From contig NIVC01000572.1 in assembly GCA_002269645.1 (NCBI GenBank), forward strand, positions 413,309 through 477,308: a stretch of DNA of 64,000 bases, read 5' to 3'. The stretch is from Macrostomum lignano. Lineage: Eukaryota. Below, piece after piece: positions 1 through 12,851 of the stretch (the stretch's first letter is position 1; each line of letters opens with the position of its first letter). Below the pieces are notes generated by a model. The model did no database searches. It was not told the origin of the DNA and worked only from the letters and a program-made list of their open reading frames with translations. Made by a program: the position numbers and the translations under genes.

Positions 1-2
1 TT

Positions 3-485
3 AAGCACTATGAACCAGGTACAATTAAGAGCCATAATATAAATCCTATTAGCTTAAATATGCTATTGACAATAGATGAACAAACTGAGTTATGCAACAA
101 CATGAATTTAGATACAGACTCAATTATTGGCACTATTTGTCTTTCTACTAATGAACTAAAATATCAGGGGTTTGTATATCGGACTCCAACATTAAATTAC
201 CGTTATTGTTTGCCAATTTTAGAACCAACTGGAATTGCTTTAGCATTAATTAGCCATATTATTCAACTTTCCAACAAGTGGATAATTATTTGTAAAAAAG
301 TGAATGCTAAATTTTCTTGTCATTATAGCAGTTTTATATGCACTGTGAATAATGACCATTTAGTATTTATTGAACCTACTCAGCACTTTTTTCATCAGCC
401 AATTCCATTTTTAATGTATCAAGGGAAACTTTTTCTTTCTTTAAAATATTATCCAATGCTACATTGCCAAAACATTGATCAATAA
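3..485 (+). CDS. C-terminal part of putative EnSpm/CACTA transposase (5'-partial)
   Basis: Frame is open from the window edge (KHYEPGTIKSHN...). C-terminus FSCHYSSFICTV...HQPIPFLMYQGKLFLSLKY resembles the H-x-x-(A/S)-(Y/F)...H-x-P-L...G...LK tail of animal EnSpm transposases. Lies inside the CACTG-ended element. Confidence 0.55.
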   Translation, partial: KHYEPGTIKSHNINPISLNMLLTIDEQTELCNNMNLDTDSIIGTICLSTNELKYQGFVYRTPTLNYRYCLPILEPTGIALALISHIIQLSNKWIIICKKVNAKFSCHYSSFICTVNNDHLVFIEPTQHFFHQPIPFLMYQGKLFLSLKYYPMLHCQNIDQ

Positions 486-559
486 TCTACAATCTTAGTG
501 GGTATCATTTTAGATAAATTTAAGCATATAACAATATGGCATACACTTGCACTTCATAA

Positions 560-790
560 AATAACAAATTATTACAAGGGCCACCTTGCCTCTAGCACAA
601 GGAACTGTGCTCTCCACCTTACATAGATTTCTGGCCTATAGGTGTCTAACCTTTTTATGATAGGTCGGCTTGCCCTTCCTTGACTAGGCTAGTTCTATGT
701 AGATGGTGCAGGTTTTCGAACCATTTCTTGCCTAAAATGGGTTCATCCTCTGTCTAAGCTTGTTGAAGCTTCAGCTTTTAGTATTGAAGA
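560..790 (-). pseudogene. Decayed RTE-like LINE C-terminal fragment
   Basis: Minus-strand translation across stops gives KWFENLHHLHRTSLVK...G*TPIG...RWR, like the post-RT LRWFGH..R...GRP..RW motif. Confidence 0.35.
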
Positions 791-849
791 GTGAAGATTG
801 TTCAGAAAAAAGCAACAAAAAAACAAAAACATCATAAAAACACTAAACA

Positions 850-1332
850 TTTTGTTGTCACAGTCATTACTTATGGCTGCAAGGTATGGGGTCCACTGGC
901 CAGGCAATCAAAAATTAAGGATCTGGATAATATTCAATTGAAATTCTATAAGTCTCTCCTTAAATTCTTAATCTACCAGAGCATACATACAAGCAATAAA
1001 GTCATACTCAATGAACTCAACATTCTTCCTATTTCTGAAATCATTAAGAAAAGGTACCTCCTTTTCTGGTTAAAACTTATTTAAAGCTAACTCTACTACC
1101 ACTAGTCTCTTTAACAACAATGACAATCCAATTGATCCTTGGAAGAAAGCCATCTCACAGCAACTTAAAGGCATTGATCTAATGCAAAAACTTCTACTGT
1201 TTAAATTGTATTGTCCATTATTGACAACTTTTGTTAACACTAAGTTATTCATATCTAATTAAATACACTCTATTAACATAACGGGCACTACTTGCCCAAG
1301 CCAATTAACTACTACTACTACTACTACTACTA
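850..1332 (+). mobile_element. 5'-truncated non-LTR retrotransposon 3' fragment with (TAC)n tail, nested in the CACTA element
   Basis: ITYGCKVWG...DNIQLKFYKSLL...SNKVILNELNILP...KKRYLLFWLKL is a typical post-RT region of LINE ORF2. Followed by (TAC)8 at ~1308-1332. Confidence 0.65.
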
Positions 1333-1464
1333 CATTAAGTCAAGCCAAGGACAAAAGCCGAAAAATCATAATGAACAAGAATTCCTTGGCTTTATAAATT
1401 CATTTTATCTGTGTCTTACCAGATGTATTCTGATTGAGGTTGTGCACATCATACCTCATTTCAG

Positions 1465-3190
1465 CTTCGAATCTGCAACGGCTCAGAGGAGCGCAAGAAG
1501 CTCCTTCCAGCTTCTGGCCTGACCTTGGCGGACCTTCGCATCAAAGGTTGTTTAAAATTGGACATTGCAGATGTTGAAAATGTTCGCATTGTCACTTCTG
1601 ACGGTTTCGAAATCGACGACGATGATTTAATATCGGAGGTGGCAAAGGAATGTAGAACTGTGTACTTCCTTCTTTCTGGAGAGTTGCTTCCAAGCTGCGG
1701 TGCATGCCCTGTAGAACCTTCAACTACACCAAAGCAGCAAAGCGAAATACGCAATGTCGAGATTGCCACAACACCGAGTCGAGGCACACAGGCTCTGAGT
1801 CCAAATCCAGCTGTAGCAGCTACGGCTGCAACTACACTTCCATGGCCCGAAGTGTACTCGCTTCCACGAATGGACGATCTCGCCAACGCCCTTCGTGATC
1901 TACGAATGCACCCCGAAAAGGGTTCCGATTTAAAAATGAACGCGACGTTTGTCAACAAGTTCCTTAAATTCATCGTCGATCACATCTGTTTGAACTATCT
2001 GTCGCCAAATGAACCATACCTGTCATCTAGCCAGATAACAGATGTGTGCACTTCCATAATCCATAGTAACTTCGTATCCTGGACTGAAGGACACCTCATT
2101 AAGTGGGAGCTCAAGCTTTTGGCGCCAAAAGCTTATTCGGCGTTTCAAAGAGCTCCGGTTCGTTGGCGACTTTGTCGACAAGAGCAGCCCAACGGTTCAG
2201 GAGATGCGACGGAAGCATGGTCGACTTGGTCATCGGCGTATAATTCTACCAAATGCTGCTGCAGCTGCTGCAGGCCCAAGTGCGGTTACTGTGAGCCAAA
2301 GGCATAAACGGCAGTACAAGGAAGTTGAAGGCCAGGAAGATGATGACGACAATGAAATTATAGCTTCACGTGCTAAAAGAGCCAACAAGCAGCGTATCAA
2401 CGACGACGAAGATCTGATCGAAGAAGAAGGCGATGATGATAGTGATGCAGACGATGCTGGCAGTGCAATGGCGAAGAGCGTTGACTTCGGCGAGTTCGAT
2501 ACCGATGTACCACCGTCACACGAAGCTCGTCGAACGAGATTGAACGAGACTCATCATGACTCTTCAATATCAGACGTTCTCAACGAAATGCAGGCTCTGT
2601 TTCCGATTCGAATATTGCGGTGCCAAGATTTGACGGTTAGTGACGAAATTGCCTTATATGCGCCACTGGTAAACATCGCAGTACTGCAGCAGGAGGCGTA
2701 TCTCATGATCCAGACATACAACAGAAGCAAAACTGACTATGTACTTCCACCAAGTCCATCGGAAATGAGAAGCAGGATTATTAACGCCTTGTTGCTTGTG
2801 TACAGTAAAAGGCAGTTGCTAAAAAATTTCAAGCTGTGCAAGGATTATGTGGAATTGCCAGTTGTTTCAGAGGAGGACAAGCTGCCTGTGGCTGTCTTTC
2901 TTCTTCTCGGTCGGTTGCGAGTCGACCCGTCTATTATTCTTCGCGACGCACTGCCAGTCAGAATTCTGACAGAGGATGGAAAATGGTGCGGCGTTTTCGT
3001 CAACGGTGCGAGCATCCCATTCGACAGTGTTACTGACTCGATAATTGCATTTGTAATTGTCTTCATCGCGTTCAACCTCCAGCACCTCCCTGCCCTAGAG
3101 GCGTTTCTGGAGGTAATCGAAGTGCTGTCGGGCCTTCGCAAGAAAGCCGTCCGCAAGGCTGCAGTAGCTATTTTGGATGCACTTCGTTAG
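1465..3190 (+). pseudogene. SAMD3-like transposon accessory gene (ubiquitin/CIDE-N-like N-terminus), frameshifted by a 7-nt insertion
   Basis: Splice acceptor TTTCAG at 1459-1464, then LRICNGSEERKKLLPASG..., PWPEVYSLP, and (after repair) SYPGLKD...FWRQKLIRRFKELR, an acidic tract and C-terminal IIAFVIVFIAFNLQHLPALEAFLEVIE. ORFs 1525-2307 and 2204-3190 join into one frame if 2059-2065 is removed. Confidence 0.65.
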
Positions 3191-3819
3191 ATGATTTTAT
3201 AACGCCTAGACATGACTATTGTAATCATTTTCATTTTTATAATAATTATATTCATTTTCATGTTAGTACGATTGAATATGACTGTGAATTAATCGTAATC
3301 ACAAGCCTAATCACAATCACAATATTTATTTTCATATTCACAATCATAATCATAGAGTGTTATCTGTCATCAGAGGGTCACGGCGATGTTGGCTGCTTAT
3401 TTATTGCCCTGTGTATTTAGTTTGTGCTTTTTAGTCTGTATATTCAACTTCACTCTTTGAGTGACCAAAGCAAACACTTATTCGCAATGTGTAATGTGCA
3501 ACAAATAATTACTAAATATTATTATTACCACTGTTTTGTACTACAACAATAAATATTTTAGGATCAATCTTTATATACCATAAAAAATACTTTAAATTGG
3601 TTAACATCCTTCATAAACATGCAATTGTTGATTACGAATGCTTCACTTCTTACTTTTCTTAAATTGAGCAATGACTGACAACATTGTATGCCTCACATAA
3701 TGTAATTGGGAACAATTTTACAGGTAAGGAAATTCATAAAATTCATACCTATAATAGTGGGTATTTTGTGTCTTGCAGATCAAGTGAATACATTTTGGGG
3801 TGTAATCGTTTTTATATTT

Positions 3820-4030
3820 CGGACCCATAATGCGGACATCTGAAAAATATGGACTTTGCAATAGGGACCTTTCAAAATACGGACCTTTCAAAATACGGAC
3901 CTTGCAATACGGACTTTACAATACGGACCCATCAAAATACGGACCTTTCATGGTCCGTTATTTCGACGCTCCGGACCCTCCACAATGGACCTTTCCCGGA
4001 CCCTTCTTCGGACCTTTAGGAATTACAGTG
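3820..4030. repeat. CACTA subterminal repeats plus terminal inverted repeat
   Basis: About a dozen (AATAC)GGACC motifs, one inverted (GGTCCGTTATT), ending in TTACAGTG. Confidence 0.8.
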
Positions 4031-4352
4031 TATAGTCTGTAGACTGCACATGTAGTTTGTAGACTGCACATGTAGTTTGTAGACTGCACATGTAGTTTGT
4101 AGACTGCACATGTAGTCTGTAGACTGCACATGTAGTTTGTAGACTGCACATGTAGTTTGTAGACTGCGCATGTAGTTTGTAGGCTGCACATGTAGTTTGT
4201 AGGCTGCACGTGTAGTTTGTAGACTGCACATGTAGTTTGTAGACTGCACATGAAGTCTGTAGACTGCACATGTAGTCACATGTAGTCTGTAGACTGCACA
4301 TGTAGTCAAATGTAGTCTCTAGACTGCACATGTAGTCACATGTAGTCTTTAG
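4031..4352. repeat. 20-bp minisatellite (GTAGACTGCACATGTAGTTT)n, ~16 copies
   Basis: Direct reading; abuts the CACTA terminus. Confidence 0.95.
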
Positions 4353-4502
4353 ACTGAAATCTGTGGATTGCAATCCTTATACTTTATTCTTCAACTAAGA
4401 AATGTCTACATGTATGACTGATTATGGTCATGAATAAGAGTTCATTTTGTCCTTCCAACGGTTCCAGAGGGCAGCAGCTCAGCGCTAAACCACAAGACTC
4501 AC

Positions 4503-4822
4503 TTTTTCTGCAGAGAAGCAATCAGCTCGGAGCCAAGGATGACGCAATCATTTGAATCGCCTAGGCTAGCATCCCCCAGACTGCAAGCTCCATACTTCAC
4601 TGGACGGTAACTAATGGACTTAATGACCAGCTTCTCGTTGTAGATGGGGCACATTATTGCCTGGTTCTTGCCGGGGCACAGAGAAATCTGGCAGGGCATC
4701 CGGTCAGTGCAGAGTCCACCCTCCATGTTTAGCCGTGTGGCAGAAGCTGGCTTGACAGTCTGAAGCTGCATCAGTGTCCATAGCAGCAACAAGGAACCGG
4801 CCAAGGTGGAAATTTGCCACAT
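4503..4822 (-). CDS. First coding exon of a putative secreted Cys-rich protein, possibly SUEL/galactose-binding-lectin-like (partial)
   Basis: TTTTTTCAG acceptor 7 nt before ATG. Hydrophobic signal peptide (TLAGSLLLLWTLMQL). LCPG...MCP...LVIKSISY...GAC...DC pattern. Ends at a GTGAGT donor (CAG AAA AA|gtgagt). Confidence 0.45.
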
Positions 4823-5049
4823 CCAACTGCTGAAAAAACAGATTGTATCAAGCGAAGGCGATTGATAAACTCACTGTAGCATTAAAAGATGATGAGTATA
4901 AAAATATTGATAGTGTAGAAATTTGAATCATTGGGAGCTATTTGTTGACACCTGCACACTAATTCGATATTCAATAGCCAATTAACTACTATTTAGATTA
5001 TTGGTAATTCTAAGACTTTTGCTAATTCTGAGTCATTTGACACAGTCGT

Positions 5050-5630
5050 CAGGGCCATTCTCCTAACAGTGCTCTACATATATAATGCCATACAAAAGCT
5101 GCTGTGCCAATACAGGAAGGGCCTGTTGGACTTCTATAAGAAATCCTCTGTGGTGCTCCAGAGAGATGCGTATTCACTTGTGCTTGACTGGGTGCTGCAG
5201 ACTGCTCTTCCTTCCAATGATGATGGCTTCCTGCTATGGCAACAGATAGGTGGACATCAACCAAAGAGGAGGCACAGCCTAGTAACAATGAAACAAGCTG
5301 GTAGCTATTCTAGCAAGTGTTGGCCCATTGTCCAACATGTAGACTACCATTTTGCTTTGTGTGCTATATAGCATTGAGGCTACCATTTTAAGCCAAAGAC
5401 AATGGACAGACAGGCAAAAGAACTTTCCATGTCAGCAGTTTCTCTACCTTGGTGGTGTGGCTCTTGATGTCTATGAGGATCCATGATATTGCCATAGGCT
5501 TGCATGAATTGCTTTGTGTTCTTTGAGGGCAATCCTATAGTCTAAGGCCCTGCTTGACTACCAGAGGGCAGCATTGTTCCAGGAGGTTGGTCAAGACCAC
5601 CCTAAGATTAGGACCTGATAGACTTGCTCA
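5050..5630 (+). pseudogene. Decayed RTE-clade LINE RT fragment
   Basis: SSVVLQRD...LVLDWVLQTALPSNDDGFLL aligns by eye with GVLQGDT...LVMDWVLRTGLPTSEDGFLL of the intact RTE at 19-21 kb. Many frameshifts. Confidence 0.75.
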
Positions 5631-7556
5631 AACAAGTTTTCGATGTATCACTATATTCTTGTGCATTGGCTTATATTTTTTATTTTTAGAAACTATTTTA
5701 TTATTAATAAAAATAAAAACTACAGTTCATCCCATATTCATTATATAGTTAAGTTCTATTGCTTTAATATACATTTATAAAATTTGAATGTTTAAATATA
5801 GAATTTGTCTACAAATCCAAGAGATATCTTTGCTTTTATATATATATATTCTTTTTAATTCCAATAGCAAAAATTTTATTTTGGCTTAAAATAATCCTAT
5901 AGAATTTAGATATATTTTAGAAACCTATTAATTTAATAGCTATGTCTGAGTATGCTTAATGAATAAGTGATAATGGTATGTTTAAGCAAATAGATATAGT
6001 TCTTTAATTTATAGGCTTGTTTATCAAAGTCTTTTGGTAGATTTAAAATATTAATCTATTGGAAAAACTAGGTTTTTAATTTAAACTTAAAAAATAGAGC
6101 TTTTATCACATTGCAAGTTTAGGTATCTAGCTCATTTTAGAAAATGCACTGAGTTAGAATTTCAAAATAATTTTAGTTCAAGCTCTACAAGTAGTTAAAT
6201 ATTACTAATAAAAGATAATGCAACAGTTGTGCAACTATTATAATAAGCCTAATTGTGTAAATTTCAGTCATAGCAACATAACCGCAACATGCAATATTTT
6301 TTAACTTCAAACTTCAATGGCATCAATTACAGCAGCATTGGTAGCGATAGAGTAGTGAAGTGAACTCTCTTGGCTTATCAAAATTGTTATATTAATAGAA
6401 TAGGCAAGTAAGTTATATTATTATATTTATAATATAATAAAAATTATTTTGCCAATTTACAAAGAAAATAATATCAAGCATATGCAATCGCGATCTTAAT
6501 TTTTGCACGCAGATTAATGGCTGGGCAAGCAGCTGGGGCTTTTGTATGACTTCTTGGAAATTTCAAATGTATGTTAAATTATCGCGATATTTCACAAATC
6601 GTTATAAAACGTCAATATTACTGATTATAACTGATGGCAAAATTGTACAAAATGTATTTTAGCAAAAGCCCCGACGGGTTTTTTGTTTTTTAGCAATCCT
6701 GGACGTTCAGATGCAATAAAATCCTTGTTTTATTGCTGAATTTAGTATTAATTTCTTCATTCTAAGTAAAAAATTCTATTTTATTTATTTATTCTCTTTC
6801 GATAAATTTTCAGAAAATATAATACCGAACAGTTGATATACACGCGAACGCGAACATCGAGATGACGCAAACGTCGAGACTTAAAATTATCGAGATCAAA
6901 TCTTCACTTTCGGTAATTGGTGCTAGGGCCTACATTATTTACGGAACAGAGCTTTTTCGAGCCTTTCGCAGAAAACTGAGCGTAAAAATGCCTATGTAGC
7001 TCGTACTGTAAAAGTCGTACACGCATTCACTCGAAAAGCTTTTAGCACTGTACACAAACAGTTTCAAGGGGGGGTCTAAATGATTAATGCGGGATGAAGA
7101 GGCAGACAGATAGAAAAATCAAGTTGCAAATATTGCAAAGTCAGTAGAGAGTACATGATATTGGCTATATCATGTACATGTAAATGCATCCCAGTTTAGA
7201 CAAAACCCATGCAGTTTTGTTTGTAGAAATTTTTACGTGAAAAGAAAATGTGGCTCGTTCAAGCCGTAATCAAAGGAGACAAAAACTTGCATGATCACAC
7301 AACTTTGTGACACCCCCTGCAGGCGGTGCCCTCAGGCTGGCGCCCACGGTCTGGTGCCCCTTTGCCCTGCTACTCAAACGAAATGCCACACCCCATGAAA
7401 AGAACCTTCGGACAATAAAAATCCAGCAGCTACGTCCTTTTACAGTTCGATAGCTCATCTGATTGCGGTGTGAATGAGCCCTAAATAATGGAGTATATAG
7501 TCAATTGCAAGTCGCTCAACCGCGATTCTCTGACGCCCGCGAGATGACTAATCAGA

Positions 7557-9223
7557 TCACCCATCGCTGTCATAGTCGTCCTCCTCCCTGTCAGGCAGGG
7601 CGGACGGTGCGTTTGCACTGATGCTGGGATCGGCGATCCAAGGATGGCGCAGCATCTCCTTAAGGCTGGGCCGCCTGTTGGGCTCTATTTGCAGGCAGGC
7701 CAGAATCAGCTGGCGGCACTGCCGGCTCAACAGGCGATCGAACCGCGGACCTGTGACGCCGATCTGGCTTTCCCGCTTGAACGGCACGTCACCGCAGACC
7801 ATGCTGAATAGCAGGATGCCCAGCGACCAGACCTCGGCCGGCTTGCCGCGGTAGCGTTGCCAACGGATCCACTCTGGCGGGCTGTACACCCGGGTGCCTG
7901 CGCGGGTTGTTGGCGGAGTTCGACCATACAGGTGGGTCATGATGGTGAAAACCACATAGACATTTTCGGTTTGAAAAATCCTAGTTCTTGAGAGCATACA
8001 CGAAGCTAAATGCTCTAGATATACAACAAGTATGCGTTCCTGTACTGGGGGCCTCCTGTTCATTTCTAAGACAAATGTAGCGTATAGCGTTAGTTGTTAC
8101 TGAGGAATTACCAATTCAAGTTAGGGTAAAGTGTAATATTCCAACCCGCTAATGCTCACCATCGAAGTCGGTGTACGGCCCCTCCTTCAGAATGGCGCCG
8201 GAGCCGAAGTCAATGAGCTTCAAACTTTTATTCCGGAAATCGATCAGCAAATTCTCTTCTTTGACGTCCCTGTGCAGGACGCCAACCTTGTGACAGGCGA
8301 GTAGCGTCTCAATCAGCTGTTTCATGAAGCTCCGGGCCTCGAACTCCAACAGAAATCCCCTGTGCGAAACCAATTTAAACAGTTCCACGCCCTTTTCCAG
8401 TTTCGGCATCACGATGGCCCACCTAGTGAGGCCTTCGTGGAAGCTGATGGGCTGCAAAACGCCGCTGATGTATCGGCATTTGTGCAGCAGCAGAAACTCT
8501 AGCGGAATTCGGCGACCGTTTGGCTGGAAGTTTTAAACAAAATATTTGATATGCCAACTTGATTTTTCTACTGACAAAAAGTCTTCATAGGACGTAAGAG
8601 CCAATTTCGTCAAATTACAAAACATCGACTTTACGGTAAATGGAATGGTTCAATTCAATAATAGTAATAATTGATTAACATCTGCCCAAATTGGGCCAGT
8701 TGTGCAACCGACAGCTCAGCCGCAGCTATTCTGCGGCGCATCAGAAGTCTACGTACGGCTGTTCTGTCAGTGTTCAGCGAATGCTGGCACCCATTTTGCA
8801 GCTGGGTGAACTGAAGCAATGCAGAGTTAAGTGTCTTGCTCAAGGACACAAATTGTTCCGAGTGGGATCGGGAATCGAACCCCCAGCCTTCGCTCTGACC
8901 ACTAGGCTGCAACCCCTGTATTTTTGCCATCCAATGAAAGTGTCAACTTTTGACTAAGTCAGTTGCGACATTTTGCTAAATAGTTCTCCATAAAAATTGG
9001 TGCAACTGCGTTTGTTGACCCACCAACTCGTGCCAGGCGTCCTCGGACAGATTCTCCTTCGAAATAAACTTGATGGCCACCCGAGTGCCGTCCGACCGCC
9101 TGATCTCCAGGAAGACCCGGCCGAAGCCGCCGCTGCCCAGTTGCCGATCAATCTGGTATTCACGGTGCAGGGCGTCCAGCGGCTCGATTGGGACATCCTT
9201 GCTGCCTAGCGGGAAGTTATTGC
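7557..9223 (-). CDS. pim: Pim-family Ser/Thr kinase, paralogue A. Exons 9223-9024, 8523-8160, 7897-7557; probable further upstream exon 9542-9369; start not located
   Basis: [32 protein letters not shown]|TRVYSPPEW. Canonical GT-AG sites with matching phases. Intron positions (WHEL|PNG, DFDG|TRV) match vertebrate PIM1. Confidence 0.9.
8656..8916 (-). mobile_element. tRNA-derived CORE-type SINE in Pim A intron
   Basis: A box TAGTGGTCAGAGCG, B box GGTTCGATTCC, then GTGTCCTTGAGCAAGACACTTAAC...CACCCAGCTG..AAATGGGT core-like domain and ATT-rich tail. Confidence 0.75.
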
Positions 9224-9587
9224 CTGGAACAGAATAGGCATCAGAGTTACAAAATTTCGCCAAGGACGTCTGAATCTATGAATCTCTAAACAGTGAATCG
9301 AGAAAACCTCTCTCGAACTCCATGGCATGCATTTCGCCATTGAGTCAATCTGCATCGAAGTATCGCACCGTTTTCAGAAGTCGGACTACTACTGTTGCTT
9401 CTTGAAGGTATGGCCAGCAAGCACGGCCAGCCCCAAGGTGTTGCGTCGAACGTTGTGCATGTTTTCGACCAGTAGCTGTCAATGTTAAGCGTTGTATTGG
9501 TGCTTTTGCCATTGCTGATGGACCTGTTTCCCGCGTTGGAGGCTGAAAATGTAGTTTAAATTTCCTGTCTTAAATTGGGAAGGCTGG

Positions 9588-11690
9588 AAGTGGACAACTG
9601 TGTCTAGAAGTGAACAACCGTGTCTAGAAGTGGAAAACCGTGTCTAAAAGGTGACAACCGTGTCTAGAAGTGGACAACCGTGTCCAAAAGTGGACAACCG
9701 TGTCTAGAAGTGGACAACTGTGTCTAGAAGTTGACAACCGTGTCTATAAGTGGACAACCGTGTCTAGAAGTTGACAACCGTGTCTATAAGTGGACAACCG
9801 TGTCTATAAGTGAACAACCGTGTCTAGAAGTGGACAACCGTGTCTATAAGTGGACAACTGTGTCTAGAAGTTGACAACCGTGTCTATAAGTGGACAACCG
9901 TGTCTAGAAGTTGACAACCGTGTCTATAAGTGGACAACCGTGTCTAGAAGTGGACAACCGTGTCCAAAAGTGGACAACCGTGTCTATAAGTGGACAACCG
10001 TGTCTAGAAGTTGACAACCGTGTCTATAAGTGGACAACCGTGTCTAGAAGTGGACAACCGTGTCCAAAAGTGGACAACCGTGTCTATAAGTGGACAACTG
10101 TGTCTAGAAGTTGACAACCGTGTCTATAAGTGGACAACCGTGTCTAGAAGTTGACAACCGTGTCTATAAGTGGACAACCGTGTCTATAAGTGAACAACCG
10201 TGTCTAGAAGTGGACAACCGTGTCCAAAAGTGGACAACCGTGTCTATAAGTGGACAACTGTGTCTAGAAGTTGACAACCGTGTCTATAAGTGGACAACCG
10301 TGTCTAGAAGTTGACAACCGTGTCTATAAGTGGACAACCGTGTCTATAAGTGAACAACCGTGTCTAGAAGTGGACAACCGTGCCCAAAAGTGGACAACCG
10401 TGTCTAAAAGTTGACAACCGTGTCTAGAAGTGGACAACCGTGTCTAGAAGTGGACTACCGTGTCTATAAGTGAACAACCGTGTCTAAAAGTGGACAACCG
10501 TGTCTAAAAGTAGACAACCGTGTCCATAAGTGGACAACCGTGTCTAGAAGTGGACAACCGTGTCTAGAAGTGGACAACCGTGTCAAAAAGTGGACAACCG
10601 TGTCTAGAAGTGGACAACCGTGTCTAAAAGTGGACAACCGTGTCTAGAAGTGGACAACCGTGTCTAGAAGTGGACAACCGTGTCTAGAAGTGGACAACCG
10701 TGTCTAGAAGTGGACAACCGTGTCTAAAAGTGGACAACCGTGTCTAGAAGTGGACAACCGTGTCTAGAAGTGGACAAACGTGTCTAGAAGTAGACAACTG
10801 TGTCTAGAAGTGGAAAACCGTGTCTAAAAGTTGACAACCGTGTCTAGAAGTGGACAACCGTGTCGAAAAGTGGACAACCGTGTCTAGAAGTTGACAACCG
10901 TGTCTATAAGTTGACAACCGTGTCTATAAGTGGACAACCGTGTCTAGAAGTTGACAACCGTGTCTATAAGTGGACAACCGTGTCTAGAAGTTGACAACCG
11001 TGTCTATAAGTGGACAACCGTGTCTATAAGTGAACAACCGTGTCTAGAAGTGGACAACAGTGTCCAAAAGTGGACAATTGTGTCTAAAAGTTGACAACCG
11101 TGTCTAGAAGTGGAAAACTGTGTCTAGAAGTGGACAACCGTGTCTAGAAGTGGACAACCGTGTCTAGAAGTGGACAACCGTGTCTAGAAGAGGACAACCG
11201 TGTCCAGAAGTAGGCAACCGTGTCTAAAAGTGGACAACCGTGTCTAGAAGTGGACAAACGTGTCTAGAAGAGGACAACCGTGTCTAGAAGTGGGCAACCG
11301 TGTCTAGAAGTGGATAACCGTGTCTAGAAGTGGATAACCGTGTCTAGAAGTGAACAACTATGTCTAGAAGTGGACAACCGTGTCTAGAAGTGGACAACTG
11401 TGTCTAGAAGTGGACAACCGTGTCTAGAAGTGGACAACTGTGTCTAGAAGTGGACAACTGTGTCTAGAAGTGGACAACCGTGTCTAGAAGTGGACAACTG
11501 TGTCTAGAAGTGGACAACTGTGTCTAGAAGTGAACAACCGTGCCTAAAAGTGGACAACCGTGTCTAGAAGAGGACAATCGTGTCTATAAGTGAAAAACCG
11601 TGTCTATAAGTTGACAATCGTGTCTTTAAGTGGACAACCGTGTCTAGAAGAGGACAAACGTGTCTATAAGTTGACATCCGTGTTTAGAAG
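9588..11690. repeat. 20-bp satellite (GTGGACAACCGTGTCTAGAA)n, ~105 copies
   Basis: Direct reading; variants CTATAA, CCAAAA, TTGACA. Confidence 0.97.
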
Positions 11691-12851
11691 CAAGGTAGAC
11701 GAAATTCACAAGAAATCAACTTACCTCCCAAATCCAGTGCCACTAATCCGGCAAAAGTGCACAAAACTGAAACGATCAAGAAACTGCATTGGGAATTATT
11801 TAGTAAAATTTGACAATCGAAAGGCAGTAAAACAAAATGCTTTCAATTTTCAATATTTAAAAAGTTTTTGCCATAATTACAATACAAGTTGGAAGCAGTA
11901 TGCATAGGCCCCTACCTGTGAGAATCTGTGTGCACACTCCTGGCATGTTGCTGTGCTTCTTAGCTGTCAGCCGCGAGCCGGAACTGCGTCGGAAAATTCA
12001 GGGCAGATTCGGGAATGTCTGGACTGAAATACCCTATTCCTACCGACAGCTGTCCTCTATAGGCAGCTTGCGAAACTGAAACAGCTTAAAAGCGTTGTTT
12101 CGGCGTTAGCAATTAAGCTCAAAATGCGGGGCAGTAAAATTCATAATCAAAGAGTCGGATGACATCTGTTGCCGGCAATAAAAACTGCCTGTCGCCATGG
12201 GGTGTCGCTTTTTTTCGGTCAAAGTTTCTGCTACAACACTGGGACAGTAAAGTGAGCAGTTGAGTAACGAAACTGAAATTTATATGGCTATTGTAAGCCT
12301 GCTTACTTTTTCAGATTATGTCGTTTGACATTGATTTAGACCGAATCAGGCACTATTAATCACAGTGTCGGCTCTTTCACTGAGCACCTGTCTCCTCCTT
12401 CTCCACGGACCAGCCCTAGAAGTCCAACTGTCTCAACAATCTTCTCACGAAATAAAAGGGACTGATGTTATTATAGACGTTACTACTGCTAAACTGCCGT
12501 GCCTCGATTAGATGTAGAAATGCGCCACGAAAATGGCTACATTCGCTTAATATTTCGTCACGCACAGCATCCTGTGTGTTCCTGAGTCATCCTCGTTCCT
12601 TCCAGCTCAACACTCAACAGCTGTCATCGAGGGCATCAGATCAGCAGCGTTCAGCATGCTCGCCTTTGTCCCATCCTGCTAGTGTTGAGGCAGCTCGACT
12701 AATGACTGCAGCTCAACCTTTTGCCACTTCTTAAGACCATGGCATCCATAGGCCTAAGAAACACAGAAATAAAGGGCGCCCACAAAGATTATCGACGCCC
12801 ACTAATTGGCAAAATATTGGCTCCGTTTAGGGCTACGCCCCATCTCCGCCA

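Larger units (their letters stand above)
1..4030 (+). mobile_element. CACTA/EnSpm (CMC) DNA transposon, right-hand part; left end lies outside the window
   Basis: Ends in ...GGAATTACAGTG at 4030 (reverse complement CACTGTAATTCC, animal EnSpm-type CACTG terminus). Preceded by dense subterminal AATACGGACC repeats. Contains a transposase-like C-terminus and a SAMD3-like second ORF in the same orientation. Confidence 0.8.

Noticed and set aside
6663-6692. GC hairpin plus T-run resembling a rho-independent terminator
   Set aside because: Eukaryotic context, weak stem, no associated gene.
9224-9332. Extension of Pim A to TTG 9263 or ATG 9323/9332
   Set aside because: In-frame TAG at 9278-9276. 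A conserved phase-1 acceptor at 9224 (mirrored in Pim B) explains the boundary, so this is not a nonsense mutation or readthrough.
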